Shown: positions 1 through 10,957, counted from the stretch's first letter. The stretch: DNA of 64,000 nucleotides from Trichormus sp. ATA11-4-KO1 (GCA_019358915.1 JAHHIM010000002.1:32001-96000); one strand, 5' to 3'. Program-made: numbers and translations. The notes: a model not told the origin generated them from the sequence alone.

Positions 1-501
1 AACTCTTTACTTTCTTACCTTGCCGAGGAAGGTTTTACCCAGAGCCAAGATGGTGCTTGGGTATGTTATGTCAACGATCCCAAGAAAGAGGAGCGTTATT
101 TCACCCTGTTTAAGGTACAAGAGCTTGATGGCAAACTCATCGGTAGTACTTTTCTCGACGGCGGTAATTTGATAGAGGGGCAAGAAAATCGCAGCATTGA
201 CTTTTTTATGACCCTTGTCGAGCATCACATGAATACCAGTCCAGAGAACCGTCAAAGTGTACGTAGATACTTAGAAACTTTCATTTCTCTGGTCAAGGAC
301 AGAAAGATAGAAGCCTCTCGTCGTGGGTTTCTCTTTGACCAACCCAACCGTGCCTTAGTTTTGTACCACACACTCTCAACAGGAGAACTCAAAGGTACAG
401 CAATCACAATCAACATTCAATCACCTAGTAAATTAAGTGCTGGGTCTGTGAAAAGTAGACCGCAACCATCTTGGAGAGAAATTTTAAAACCCCGTCAGTA
501 A
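1..501 (+). CDS. Hypothetical protein, 5'-truncated by the window edge
   Basis: Frame 1 is open from base 1 (NSLLSYLAEEGFTQSQDGAWVCYV...) into the 169..501 ORF; stop TAA at 499-501. Confidence 0.7.
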   Translation, partial: NSLLSYLAEEGFTQSQDGAWVCYVNDPKKEERYFTLFKVQELDGKLIGSTFLDGGNLIEGQENRSIDFFMTLVEHHMNTSPENRQSVRRYLETFISLVKDRKIEASRRGFLFDQPNRALVLYHTLSTGELKGTAITINIQSPSKLSAGSVKSRPQPSWREILKPRQ

Positions 502-561
502 TAATACTTGGTTTTTAATTATGCACAGTAAATGTTCTCTGTGGTTTAGTTGAGGTGTATC

Positions 562-1815
562 TTGTTCAAGTCAACTTTTAAAAGCATTGCCATTTTATTC
601 TCATCTTTCGCGGTAGTGCTGACAATTTGCGAGTCAGCTACTGCACAGTTACGTGTTAACGAACGTTATTCTATCCCCCAAGGACAGGAGCCAGAGTTTC
701 TGGAGTTTCAGCGTCAGCATAATGACAATATACGCCAGATAAGAGTTATGCCTGACTGTACTGTAGGAGTTGGTCTTGGCTGTAACAAAACTGCAACAGT
801 AGTCGAGGAAATCATTAATCAGTCTAATGGTACTAACTACTATCAGATGTTGATGCGAGCAGCAGGTGGTCAAGATAACTACCGTAACTTTGCTGCCTTT
901 TACGATAACAATCCTCAACTACCTAAAATTCCCTACGCCTCATTTTGGCGGAATGAAGATCCATCTATCGTAGACGGATATCGATACGTTCTTGGGCAAT
1001 CTGTAAGTCGCACTCCTGTGCCAGGACTGGAAGCTGTCACCAATAACTTTGCCTGGTCACCGTCATCGAGAGGTAGAGAAATCAGTCTCCGTGATGGATT
1101 GGTGAATTTGAAACTCTCTTACGGACGTGTCCTCTTAGAAGAGATATCAGCAATTCCCAACTTTGAACAGCAGGTTGATTCTCTAGATTTACCGCCAGAT
1201 ATGACTCAGTTTTATTTGAGTAATATTTCTAGAGGGTTACGCGCATTAAATACTGGTGATGAAAGAGCATTGAGAGAAAGCGTTTTAAAACTACTTTCCT
1301 ATCCTTACTCTCCAGGTACTCCCAATGATGGTTGGTATGGACGGAGATTAGTTACTGTTCCAGACACCTTGACTCCATCTGGAGTACAACCTCCTGGGGG
1401 AGATACTTTTCTGAGCGAAAATCCAGTACTGGGGGGAGAAGAAACGATTATTGCTCTAGATACTCCTTTCTTTGAAGAAGTTTTATTACCGTCAGGAGGT
1501 AGTTCCTGGCTACCTTATGCGGCCTTTATGCCTCTGCTTTTTTTGCTGTTTAGCCTGGGAGGAGATAATGACTCAAGTCAGCCAGCTAATGTCGTAGAAG
1601 TTATACCTGAAACTCCCAGCAATGTTATTCCCGATAACAACGGTTCTTCCAGCAATGAATTCCCTGAAGGTACGGGTAATCCAACTATTCCCCCACCGCC
1701 AACGGAGGTAGGAAAACAAGTGCCAGAACCATCAGCACTCAAAGCCTTACTTTTGTTAACTCTTGTACTAGGCATACTCAATTACAAACATCGATTTGTG
1801 CCAACAAAGGGCTGA
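562..1815 (+). CDS. PEP-CTERM sorting domain protein (secreted/surface)
   Basis: Signal peptide (…CESATA-Q); C-terminal VPEPS + hydrophobic helix + basic tail (KHR); TTG at 562 follows a GAGGTG RBS. Confidence 0.8.
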   Translation: MFKSTFKSIAILFSSFAVVLTICESATAQLRVNERYSIPQGQEPEFLEFQRQHNDNIRQIRVMPDCTVGVGLGCNKTATVVEEIINQSNGTNYYQMLMRAAGGQDNYRNFAAFYDNNPQLPKIPYASFWRNEDPSIVDGYRYVLGQSVSRTPVPGLEAVTNNFAWSPSSRGREISLRDGLVNLKLSYGRVLLEEISAIPNFEQQVDSLDLPPDMTQFYLSNISRGLRALNTGDERALRESVLKLLSYPYSPGTPNDGWYGRRLVTVPDTLTPSGVQPPGGDTFLSENPVLGGEETIIALDTPFFEEVLLPSGGSSWLPYAAFMPLLFLLFSLGGDNDSSQPANVVEVIPETPSNVIPDNNGSSSNEFPEGTGNPTIPPPPTEVGKQVPEPSALKALLLLTLVLGILNYKHRFVPTKG

Positions 1816-1929
1816 TTTAAATAGCACTAATAAATATATCTGGAAAATATAATTTATTTTCATATAAACCAGATTTTACACATCTGCTTGAGTCTTAGCT
1901 GGATATCAGGTGGCGATCGCGTGGATAAA

Positions 1930-1958
1930 AAATCCCTCGGTAACTAGTCGAGGGATTT
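1930..1958. terminator. Intrinsic terminator-like hairpin after the PEP-CTERM gene
   Basis: AAATCCCTCG-9 nt-CGAGGGATTT perfect 10-bp stem. Confidence 0.6.
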
Positions 1959-2069
1959 CAATTTTTAGTACTTTGCACATGAAATGTATCCCACTTACAC
2001 AGTGTATCTGTCCTTTTAAAATTAGGTGTGCCAAAATGCCAAATTAAAGTGACATGCACCATCTAATCA

Positions 2070-2789
2070 ATGACGGCTCTGAATTCTTTATGGCTACCCG
2101 TACCCACAGATTTAACTTTATTACCAGATAATATTCATGTCTGGCGAATTAATCTTGATGTTCCAGAACCACAGCTACAAAATTTGGTAGCAACCCTTTC
2201 CAGTGATGAATTGACTCGCGCTCACCGATTCCATTTTCAGGAGCATCGGCAGCGTTTCATCGCCGGTCGCGGTATCCTGAGGAATATATTGGGTAGCTAC
2301 TTGGGTATAGAGCCGCGACAAGTGCGGTTTGATTATGAAAACCGTGGTAAACCAGTATTAGCCGAAAATTTATCTCACAGTGGCTTATCGTTTAACTTGT
2401 CCCACTCTCAGGGATTAGCACTGTGTGCAGTGAATTATCATCGCCAAATCGGGATAGATTTAGAATATATCCGCCCAGTATCTGACCTGAAAGCCCTTGC
2501 CAAAAGGTTCTTTTTACCTGGAGAATATGACATGGTGCGATCGCTATCTGCTAACCAACAACAAACAGTGTTTTTTCGCTACTGGACTTGTAAGGAAGCG
2601 TATTTAAAAGCAACTGGAGAAGGATTAGCCCAGTTAGAACAAATTGAAGTATTGCTAAATCCCACAGAACCAGCCAAGTTGCAGACATCTCAAGATTGGA
2701 GTCTCTTCGAGCTAGCACCTGCTGACAATTATGTTGCTGCTGTTGCTGTGGCAGGTTTTGGCTGGCATTTGCAATGTTGGCAATATTGA
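2070..2789 (+). CDS. hetI: 4'-phosphopantetheinyl transferase (Sfp type, HetI)
   Basis: GKP, FNLSHS, IGIDLE and WTCKEAYLKATGEG motifs. Confidence 0.9.
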   Translation: MTALNSLWLPVPTDLTLLPDNIHVWRINLDVPEPQLQNLVATLSSDELTRAHRFHFQEHRQRFIAGRGILRNILGSYLGIEPRQVRFDYENRGKPVLAENLSHSGLSFNLSHSQGLALCAVNYHRQIGIDLEYIRPVSDLKALAKRFFLPGEYDMVRSLSANQQQTVFFRYWTCKEAYLKATGEGLAQLEQIEVLLNPTEPAKLQTSQDWSLFELAPADNYVAAVAVAGFGWHLQCWQY

Positions 2790-2932
2790 TGGTCATTCTT
2801 CCGGTGATTCATTTCAATTTTCCAGAAAAACTGGGATAAATCGCGGATGAAGTTAAATACTTTTTAAATCACTCTGTTAATCTGAGTAAATTTCCCTAAA
2901 ATCTATCAAGAGAGAGCGCGAGGCTACGAAGA

Positions 2933-3721
2933 TTGGACGACAACTATCAAACTTACCTGAACCGGGTGGCGAGAATGACGCTACCAGAAGCTTACAGATC
3001 CCAAATTCAACATATCCAGGAATCTGCTAAGTTTCAATTGCATTCTGGATCTAGACAAGCCGCACCTTTTCCTGGGTATTCACTAATTACCCCACCTGCG
3101 GAAGCAGAAGCAAAAAACTCTGCTTTCTATTCCAACTTACAAGCCTACCAGCAGGAACTTCTACAGTTACCTGTAAACAGTGATTTGATTGTCCCTGTAC
3201 CCCCGGCTAGCTTTCATCTGACCTTGGCAGACTTGATTTGGGACAATGCTTATCGTCACGCCTGTGCAGAAAACCCTGAATTTGAACAACAATTACGCTC
3301 TTGTTGTGTTGAAATATTTCAGCAGTATCAACAATCCATGACAAGCGGGACTATGCCGATTCAATGGCAAATGTTGGGATTGATTGTGATGCCAAGAGCT
3401 GTAGGTGTTTGTTTAGTACCCCAAGATGAACGCTGCTATGAGCAGATTATTCAATTTCGCCGTAAAATCTATCAAAATCCCAAGTTAATTGCTTTGGGTA
3501 TTGAACAGCATTATCATTTTATGGCCCACATCACATTAGGCTATTTTGGAGAAATTTCGCCAGATTTAGACCGAACAAACCTCAGCACCATGCTTTCTCA
3601 GTTGAATCAGCAATGGCTGTTGAATTCTCCAGAATTTTTGATCCACCGCGTCGAACTGCGGAAATTTGACGATATGACCTACTATTATCGTGAACCAGAC
3701 TGGCCGAGTTTAGATTTTTAG
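2933..3721 (+). CDS. DUF1868-like protein, 2H phosphoesterase superfamily
   Basis: Two HxT motifs (FHLTL, AHITL) and an FPGYS segment. Confidence 0.75.
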   Translation: MDDNYQTYLNRVARMTLPEAYRSQIQHIQESAKFQLHSGSRQAAPFPGYSLITPPAEAEAKNSAFYSNLQAYQQELLQLPVNSDLIVPVPPASFHLTLADLIWDNAYRHACAENPEFEQQLRSCCVEIFQQYQQSMTSGTMPIQWQMLGLIVMPRAVGVCLVPQDERCYEQIIQFRRKIYQNPKLIALGIEQHYHFMAHITLGYFGEISPDLDRTNLSTMLSQLNQQWLLNSPEFLIHRVELRKFDDMTYYYREPDWPSLDF

Positions 3722-3724
3722 GAA

Positions 3725-3840
3725 TTGGGGACAAGGGGATGAGGGGACAAGGGGACAAGGGGATGAGGGGATGAGGGGATGAGGGGACAAAAGGTGATTA
3801 CTAATATTAAGTTTTTTTCCCAATGCCCAATGCCCAATCC
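3725..3840. repeat. Short tandem repeats (GGGGACAA/GGGGATGA units and CCCAATG units) between convergent genes
   Basis: Direct reading of tandem 7-8-mers. Confidence 0.85.
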
Positions 3841-3843
3841 TTG

Positions 3844-4623
3844 TTAAAATTCCTTTTGTTGATAAGCAAGATAGACAGCTTCTAAAAATACATCAGGGGC
3901 AAAGTTTTCTGGTAATTGCTCTATGTTAAGAATAGCTTTAACCTGATGAACTAACTGTAATCCTAGTGTGGTTCTTGCCTTGGATGTCATGGCATCCCGT
4001 CGCTGTAAATACTCACGAATTACCACAAAATCATCAGGTAATAATATTGATAAATCGGTAATTTGTAATAAATACTGATATAGTGACTTTGCTGGTTCGG
4101 AAATTTTTACAGTCGCCGACGCAGTGGGAATTTGGGCTTGAATGACAATTGTGCCAGATGCCAAATCACCCAGGCGTTTCTCACGGCGACTAAACATAAT
4201 TAAAAAAGCTCCAATAAATAAAAATTCATCAAAGGGTCGCAGTAAGCCTCTTAAAGTAGCTTGTTGTAGTCCAATGGGTCTGCCATTATCTCGCACCACA
4301 CGAATTTTAGCCCAGCGTTTGCCGGGAGTTTGACCTTGCCAAAAAGTTTCAAAAAATACAAAATAACCTACGTAAATAACGAAGAGAATGAAAAAGGCGA
4401 TCGCCACTAACCAAACAGCTGCGACGGCACCAAAATTCTCTGTCCAAAAATCCACTAACAACCCTGAAACAATTGTCCAAGCGATGATAAACACTGCTAA
4501 AGTCAAAGCCAAAATCTGATAATCAATCATCAAAGCCCAGGCACGATTACCGATACCAGCAAGGGTAAATTCTAGTTCTACACTTTCCGGAGTGCGGAAT
4601 TTAACACGGTTAAAAAGGTGCAT
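3844..4623 (-). CDS. RDD family membrane protein
   Basis: TPESVELEF-AGIGNRAWALMID, GQTPGK and RLGDLASGTIV motifs. Confidence 0.9.
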   Translation of the reverse strand: MHLFNRVKFRTPESVELEFTLAGIGNRAWALMIDYQILALTLAVFIIAWTIVSGLLVDFWTENFGAVAAVWLVAIAFFILFVIYVGYFVFFETFWQGQTPGKRWAKIRVVRDNGRPIGLQQATLRGLLRPFDEFLFIGAFLIMFSRREKRLGDLASGTIVIQAQIPTASATVKISEPAKSLYQYLLQITDLSILLPDDFVVIREYLQRRDAMTSKARTTLGLQLVHQVKAILNIEQLPENFAPDVFLEAVYLAYQQKEF

Positions 4624-4643
4624 AATAGTTTTGGTAATGGCAT

Positions 4644-5498
4644 TTAAATTTGGCGATCGCGTAACTTCAAGCCTAAACCCTCACGGCGACTTTGCAGGTC
4701 ATAATAGATGACAGCTTTGACTGTTTGCCAAAACGGTACAATCAACGCACCGCCTGCGATGCCTAAAGCAATGACTAGTAAGTAAAATAACGGAACGAAC
4801 ACAGCATAATTTTCTGTTAATAAGGGTAAGAACACCAGCTGAATCGCAGTGGAAACAATCTGAATCAACACTTGGATAGGTAGTGTGATTAAAAAGGCTA
4901 CAAATGAAATCAACAGAATCCGCCAGACATAACCCTGAGTTAACTCCCAACTCCGACTAATAGCTGATGTACCATCAACATTCTCCTCAACAGCAAGGGG
5001 CAAATCCACCAAATAAAACCGTGTCACCAGCCACAAAACTGCCACCAATGCGACAATACCCACCACAAAACCAATCAGACTGAAGAAAAGCACAGTAGCA
5101 GGATTCCCTTGCTGACCTGTACCTCCAACTAGCGCTATTGATAAAATACCCAACAAAAAAATTAAAACCAGAATACCTACGCCAATTCCTATACCCACAA
5201 GAAAAAGTAACAACATCGCTAGCAAAAACTGCCACAATCGTGAATTGACGAAACGCTCACCTGATGAAATACTCTCAGGTTGATTGACTAATTCGCCAAA
5301 AGCCAAGCGGGAAATTAACGCTGTCAGTGCATAAAATTTTGCCCATCCATAAACTGGCACAATTAACCACACATAAGCCCGAAGAGCCAGTAAAAAATAA
5401 TCTTTGAGATGAGAACGATATAATCGCATTCCCGCACTCACAACATTGCCAACGCTCAATGGTTGCGTAGGAGTGGGAGAACCAAAATTTTCAGACAT
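4644..5498 (-). CDS. Integral membrane protein (DUF975/GDPD membrane-domain-like)
   Basis: Several TM helices; AISRSWELT and YYDLxxRREG motifs typical of RDD/SpoIIM neighbours. Confidence 0.7.
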   Translation of the reverse strand: MSENFGSPTPTQPLSVGNVVSAGMRLYRSHLKDYFLLALRAYVWLIVPVYGWAKFYALTALISRLAFGELVNQPESISSGERFVNSRLWQFLLAMLLLFLVGIGIGVGILVLIFLLGILSIALVGGTGQQGNPATVLFFSLIGFVVGIVALVAVLWLVTRFYLVDLPLAVEENVDGTSAISRSWELTQGYVWRILLISFVAFLITLPIQVLIQIVSTAIQLVFLPLLTENYAVFVPLFYLLVIALGIAGGALIVPFWQTVKAVIYYDLQSRREGLGLKLRDRQI

Positions 5499-5578
5499 AA
5501 TAATCAAACTTCCTAGAAATACTTAGTTGAATTTGAGGCTATCTTAAGGTACGTTAAGTCTTAATATTCCCAAAATTT

Positions 5579-6544
5579 ATGAATATTCAACGTTGGATTG
5601 CCCGACGAGAAATCAATTGGCAACGTTTAGATGCTCTATTACAGCAGGTAGAAACAAAAGGGCTAAAGTCATTACAGGCGTTGGAAATTAGAGAATTAGC
5701 GAGTTTGTATCGTTCTGTGTCGGCAGATTTGGCACGTGCCCGAACACAACAAATTAGCAATACTCTGATACAAAGCTTACAATCACTGACAACTCGTGCC
5801 TATACACAGATTTACCAAGGTTCGCGAAGGCAGGAATGGCACGCAGTTGTGGAATTCTACCGTTGGGGATTACCAGCAGTAGTGCAGCAAACATTTCCTT
5901 ATATTGCTACTGCTACCGTCCTGTTTTTATTGGGGGTAGTAGTTGCTTGGTGGTATGCGTGGCAAGACCCCACTTTTATGTCTCTGATAGTACCAGAAGG
6001 GTTGATTTCTCAGGTACGCGACGAGGGTAAATTATGGATGGGTTCGATTATCGGTATTGAACCTCTAGCATCTAGTGGTATTATGATTAATAATCTGGCT
6101 GTATCTTTTGGTGCTGTAGCTGGTGGAATGACAGCCGGAGCATACACAGCTTTTTTAATGATATTTAATGGCTTATTAATTGGTGCTATTAGTACCTTAG
6201 TTGGTCAAAATAATCTGGCTTATCCCTTTTGGGCATTTGTTTTTCCCCACGGTTCCCTGGAATTACCCGCTATTTTTTTTGCTGGTGGGGCAGGTTTTTT
6301 GTTAGCAAGAGCAATTTTATTTCCTGGTAAATATCACCGGGGTGATGCGTTAAAATTTTACGGTTCTCAGGCAGTACAGTTAGTATTTGGCATTGTGCCA
6401 ATGTTGATTATTGCGGGTATTATCGAAGGGTTTTTATCTCCCAATCCTCAGGTGCCAGACGCATTTAAATATCTATTTGGACTAGGATTATTTGTGTTGT
6501 TGGTACTGTATTGTAATCGCAAACGTCCTCAGATGAAGTGCTGA
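5579..6544 (+). CDS. Stage II sporulation protein M (SpoIIM) family membrane protein
   Basis: LYRSVSADLARART, INNL, PHGSLEL and AGIIEGF motifs. Confidence 0.9.
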   Translation: MNIQRWIARREINWQRLDALLQQVETKGLKSLQALEIRELASLYRSVSADLARARTQQISNTLIQSLQSLTTRAYTQIYQGSRRQEWHAVVEFYRWGLPAVVQQTFPYIATATVLFLLGVVVAWWYAWQDPTFMSLIVPEGLISQVRDEGKLWMGSIIGIEPLASSGIMINNLAVSFGAVAGGMTAGAYTAFLMIFNGLLIGAISTLVGQNNLAYPFWAFVFPHGSLELPAIFFAGGAGFLLARAILFPGKYHRGDALKFYGSQAVQLVFGIVPMLIIAGIIEGFLSPNPQVPDAFKYLFGLGLFVLLVLYCNRKRPQMKC

Positions 6545-7009
6545 TGAAATTACAGCAAAGAGCCAGATTTTGCCGTGATGATTTCGGGTAGCATAGAATA
6601 TACCAAAATTTCAGAACTCTAGCTTTCTCTAGAATAAGTGCTACAGGTTTACTTCTTTTGCTGATTATTTTTTGGTGCGATCGCAATTTTATGAGAGTAA
6701 TCGCTTTTGGGTCTACCTCCTTTATTAGATAGCTAGTTATCCAATGCTAAATATTGTTGATGGGGTTTGTTCTTCCCGCTCCCTGGTTTGGGTGGAAGTG
6801 TGACCAGCAAAGACAAGCCGCCCCTCACGTATACCTTCAACCCTACCTTCCCAACCCTCAGGCGATCGCACAATTCATATCGTGATTCAGCAACGCCCAA
6901 TTGGGGGTAATTTAGCATAATAATATTAGTACTATAAATCGCAAGATTGAAACTATTGAAAACCCTGTAAAAAGCCAAAAACACGAGGGATTGGGGGTTT
7001 TGGATTGAA

Positions 7010-7081
7010 AGCCAGCAGTCGGATTTGAACCGACGACCTTCCGATTACAAGTCGGATGCACTACCACTGTGCTATGCTGGC
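7010..7081 (-). tRNA. trnT: tRNA-Thr (TGT)
   Basis: Reverse complement GCCAGCATAGCACAGTGGTAGTGCATCCGACTTGTAATCGGAAGGTCGTCGGTTCAAATCCGACTGCTGGCT forms a cloverleaf. Confidence 0.95.
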
Positions 7082-7408
7082 GAATATGGTTATTGCTTGC
7101 AAACGTTAACCGAATTCCCATTGTAACATAATAAATTTAACTGTCTACTGTCAACTACAAAAACTATTGATATTCTGATCTGAGAACGTATGGATGGTTG
7201 AGTGACGCATACAAGCGTCATGAAGCCGAAAAAAAATTAGTGATTTTATTTACTGGTAAAGTTGATAAATTAATATTCATAGCAAAAGCTAATTCAAATC
7301 CTGGACTGGACACAAAAATATTGGGTACAGGTTGAAAACTGTACTTTTTTTTGACCCAGCTAGGTAAAGGAACAGAAATCGCTCATTGTTCTTTACAGAT
7401 TCGGAAGC

Positions 7409-8329
7409 ATGGCAGCGTTGATAGGACGAGATTTATTAGGTCTGGCTGACCTCAGTCCCAGGGAACTTCAAGAACTCCTGCAATTAGCAACCCAACTCAA
7501 ATCACAACAGTTGAAGTTGCATTGCCATCAGGTATTGGGTTTGTTGTTTTCTAAAGCTTCAACTCGCACGCGAGTCAGTTTTACTGTGGCAATGTATCAA
7601 CTGGGTGGACAGGTAATTGACCTCAACCCCAATGTCACTCAAGTTAGTCGAGGGGAACCTATTCAGGATACAGCGCGGGTCTTGGATCGATATCTAGATA
7701 TTTTGGCAATTCGCACCTTTGCACAGCAGGAGTTAGAGACTTTTGCCGACTATGCCAAAATTCCTGTAATTAATGCCCTAACCGATTTGGAACATCCCTG
7801 TCAGGTATTAGCTGATTTATTGACAATTCAAGAATGCTTTGGTAAGCTTGCAGGCTTAACTTTGACCTACGTAGGTGATGGCAATAATGTGGCTAATTCT
7901 CTCATGTTAGGTTGTGCTTTAGTGGGTATGAATGTGAGAATTGCTACCCCTAATGGATATGAGCCAAATGCTGGCATTGTAGAACAAGCACGAGTAATTG
8001 CTAACAATAAAACCGAAGTTCTCCTCACTCATGACCCAGAATTAGCAGCTAAGGGATCTGCTGTGCTTTATACCGATGTCTGGGCTAGTATGGGACAGGA
8101 AACAGAAGCAGACGATCGCCTGCCAATTTTTCAACCTTACCAAATTTCCGAACAATTATTAAGTCTTGCTGAACCAGAGGCAATTGTTTTACACTGCTTA
8201 CCAGCCCATCGTGGTGAAGAAATTACTGAGGCAGTCATCGAAGGTTCTCAGTCACGAGTTTGGCAACAAGCGGAAAATCGCTTACATGCTCAAAAAGCTT
8301 TACTTGCCAGTATTTTAGGGGCAGAGTAA
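7409..8329 (+). CDS. argF: Ornithine carbamoyltransferase
   Basis: STRTR, HPCQ, SMG and HCLP motifs. Confidence 0.97.
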   Translation: MAALIGRDLLGLADLSPRELQELLQLATQLKSQQLKLHCHQVLGLLFSKASTRTRVSFTVAMYQLGGQVIDLNPNVTQVSRGEPIQDTARVLDRYLDILAIRTFAQQELETFADYAKIPVINALTDLEHPCQVLADLLTIQECFGKLAGLTLTYVGDGNNVANSLMLGCALVGMNVRIATPNGYEPNAGIVEQARVIANNKTEVLLTHDPELAAKGSAVLYTDVWASMGQETEADDRLPIFQPYQISEQLLSLAEPEAIVLHCLPAHRGEEITEAVIEGSQSRVWQQAENRLHAQKALLASILGAE

Positions 8330-8416
8330 AAATTCACAGGGCAAAAGTTAATGAGAATAGTCTTTCTTTTGCCTTTCATCTTTTTACTTGATATCTTGTT
8401 ATTCGGGCTTTTTTGT

Positions 8417-8430
8417 AGTACTAATGTTCT
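8417..8430 (+). promoter_or_regulatory. Cyanobacterial LexA box upstream of lexA
   Basis: AGTACTAATGTTCT fits RGTAC-N3-DGTWCB, 32 nt before the lexA ATG. Confidence 0.85.
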
Positions 8431-8462
8431 AGAGACATTTGTATTTACTTCCCGATAGATTT

Positions 8463-9068
8463 ATGGAACGTCTAACAGAAGCTCAACAAGAACTTTATGA
8501 TTGGTTAGTAGAATACATCCGTATTCATCAGCATTCGCCTTCAATTCGGCAAATGATGCAAGCGATGAATTTGAAATCACCTGCACCGATTCAAAGTCGT
8601 TTAGATCATTTACGGACTAAAGGATATATTGAGTGGAACGAAGGCAAAGCGCGAACAATTCGGATTTTGCATCCTGTTAAGCAAGGTATCCCAATTTTAG
8701 GCACAATCGCTGCTGGGGGTTTAATAGAACCATTTACTGATGCTGTAGATCATTTAGACTTTTCTAATATTTCATTACCTTCCCAAAGCTATGCTTTACG
8801 AGTAGCTGGCGATAGCATGATTGAAGATTTAATTGCCGATGGCGATTTAGTATTTCTACGTCCAGTACCAGAACCAGATCAGTTAAAAAATGGCACAATC
8901 GTCGCTGCTAGAGTTGATGGCTACGGTACTACATTAAAACGTTTTTATCGCCAAGGCGATCGCGTGATCCTCAAACCTGCCAATCCTAAATACAACCCCA
9001 TTGAGGTACTGGCGATGCAAGTGCAGGTACAGGGTTCCTTAGTTGGGGTTTGGCGAGATTACAACTGA
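8463..9068 (+). CDS. lexA: LexA repressor
   Basis: wHTH (PSIRQM), Ala-Gly cleavage site (IAAG), catalytic Ser (GDSM) and Lys (TLKR); ATG at 8463. Confidence 0.96.
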   Translation: MERLTEAQQELYDWLVEYIRIHQHSPSIRQMMQAMNLKSPAPIQSRLDHLRTKGYIEWNEGKARTIRILHPVKQGIPILGTIAAGGLIEPFTDAVDHLDFSNISLPSQSYALRVAGDSMIEDLIADGDLVFLRPVPEPDQLKNGTIVAARVDGYGTTLKRFYRQGDRVILKPANPKYNPIEVLAMQVQVQGSLVGVWRDYN

Positions 9069-9138
9069 ATGGGGATTGGGGGAAGAAGCAGGGGGGAAGC
9101 AACTTCTCTGATACCCAATAACTAATAACTAATGACTA

Positions 9139-10614
9139 ATGACTAATTATTTAGTGCAGCAACAGCCTAGTTTTAGGTTGAAATTTCCATTTGCTAGGGA
9201 AGGCAAAAGCAGTTATCAGACTCGTCAACCATTACCAGGATGTCCAAGTGTGCCTGTATCTCTGCAATTGCGGCAGTATCAGCGACAAGCTATTACTAGC
9301 TGGTTTGCCAATAATGGCAGAGGTACGCTGAAAATGGCTACTGGTAGTGGTAAAACTATCACAGCATTAGCGATCGCTTGTGAATTATATCAGCAAATTA
9401 ATTTACAAGTGTTGTTGGTGGTGTGTCCTTATCGTCATCTTGTCACCCAATGGGCGCGGGAATGTGAGAAGTTTAATTTACAACCTATTTTAGCTTTCGA
9501 GAATTTACGCACTTGGCAAAGTCAACTGTCTACGCAACTTTATAATCTGCGTTCCGGTTCGCAAAACTTTGTCACTGTGATTACTACCAACTCGACATTA
9601 ATTAATGATGGGTTTCAGTCGCAACTTAAGTATTTTCCCCCGAAAACTTTAATTATTGGTGATGAAGCGCATAATTTAGGTGCACCAAAATTAGAAGAAA
9701 ATTTACCGCGCCGTGTAGGATTGCGCCTGGCTTTATCTGCCACACCGGAGAGGTATTTTGATGATTACGGTACTCAATCTTTATTTAATTATTTTGGCCC
9801 GGTTCTTCAACCAGAGTTTACCTTGAGGGATGCGATCGCTCAAGGGGCTTTGGTACATTATTTGTATTATCCAATACTTGTAGAATTAACTGAGGCGGAA
9901 AGTATTGCTTATTTAAAGTTAACTAAAAAAATTGGGCGATGTTTATTATATCGAGAACGAGAAAATAGCGAAGTAGGAAACTTTGAAGACAACGAAGATT
10001 TAAAGCCTTTATTAATGCAACGCGCCAGGTTAATTGGTGCGGCGGAAAATAAATTAACTGCTTTGCGAGATTTAATGGCTACTCGCCGGGAAACTACTCA
10101 CACACTTTTTTATTGCAGCGATGGTTCTCAAGAAACTGGACAACGTTCATCTTTGCGTCAACTCAAAGCTGTTGCCAAAATTTTGGGAGTAGATTTGGGA
10201 TATCGGGTAAGTACCTATACTGCACATACTTCTTTAAAAGAACGAGAAGTTTTACGCTGTCAATTTGAAAGTGGTGAACTACAAGGTTTAGTGGCAATTC
10301 GCTGTTTAGATGAAGGCGTTGATATTCCCGCAGTTAAAACTGCGGTAATTTTATCCAGTTCTGGTAATCCTCGCCAGTTTATTCAGCGCCGAGGTCGAGT
10401 TTTACGTCCTCACATGGGTAAGGAACGCGCCACTATATTTGACATGATTGTTTTGCCACCAGATTTAGATCGGGAAACTATAGAAGTGGAACGCAATTTA
10501 TTAAAAAAAGAATTGCGCCGCTTTGTGGAGTTTGCCGATTTAGCTGACAACGCCGGCGAAGCCAGAATGAAATTACTGGATTTACAAAAACGTTATGGAT
10601 TATTAGATATTTGA
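9139..10614 (+). CDS. SF2 DEAH-box helicase (Res/XPB-like; family usually annotated as DNA phosphorothioation system restriction enzyme)
   Basis: LRQYQ, MATGSGKT, DEAH, SAT, LDEGVDIP and QRRGRVLR motifs. Confidence 0.85.
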   Translation: MTNYLVQQQPSFRLKFPFAREGKSSYQTRQPLPGCPSVPVSLQLRQYQRQAITSWFANNGRGTLKMATGSGKTITALAIACELYQQINLQVLLVVCPYRHLVTQWARECEKFNLQPILAFENLRTWQSQLSTQLYNLRSGSQNFVTVITTNSTLINDGFQSQLKYFPPKTLIIGDEAHNLGAPKLEENLPRRVGLRLALSATPERYFDDYGTQSLFNYFGPVLQPEFTLRDAIAQGALVHYLYYPILVELTEAESIAYLKLTKKIGRCLLYRERENSEVGNFEDNEDLKPLLMQRARLIGAAENKLTALRDLMATRRETTHTLFYCSDGSQETGQRSSLRQLKAVAKILGVDLGYRVSTYTAHTSLKEREVLRCQFESGELQGLVAIRCLDEGVDIPAVKTAVILSSSGNPRQFIQRRGRVLRPHMGKERATIFDMIVLPPDLDRETIEVERNLLKKELRRFVEFADLADNAGEARMKLLDLQKRYGLLDI

Positions 10615-10957
10615 TAAACAGAAAATAGCAAAGAAGGTAGAAAATAAAAGTTTTATATGTATTTTTTTATTAAAAATGTATTAATTATCAGTTGATATGG
10701 GAAAATATAATTATGAATTTGATCATAATGGGGTGTAGCTTGCTTTAAAAATTTATGTTACACTTCATTGTAATAAAAGCCTAATATTTAAAATACCAGA
10801 AAAAACTTTAAAAAGAAAGCTTTTTTTCAAAGAAATTTGAGTATTTCCAAAGACACTTTACTAAAACATAAAGATAACGCTAATAGTAACTCTACGGATG
10901 CAGATATAGCAGTAGAGACGGCTAAAATAGAAAGAAAACTTGATTTAAAAGCCTGAA

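Noticed and set aside
1984..1998. NtcA site upstream of hetI (TGTATCCCACTTACA)
   Set aside because: Spacer is 7 nt, not the 8 nt NtcA requires
3725..3840. G-rich repeats as CRISPR or a novel element
   Set aside because: Ordinary Nostocales STRR-type 7-8-mer tandem repeats; others occur at ~9115, 22585, 43370-43480, 48690 and 56890
6465..7121. Short ORFs around tRNA-Thr
   Set aside because: They overlap the tRNA or the spoIIM end, and show no motifs or RBS; likely spurious
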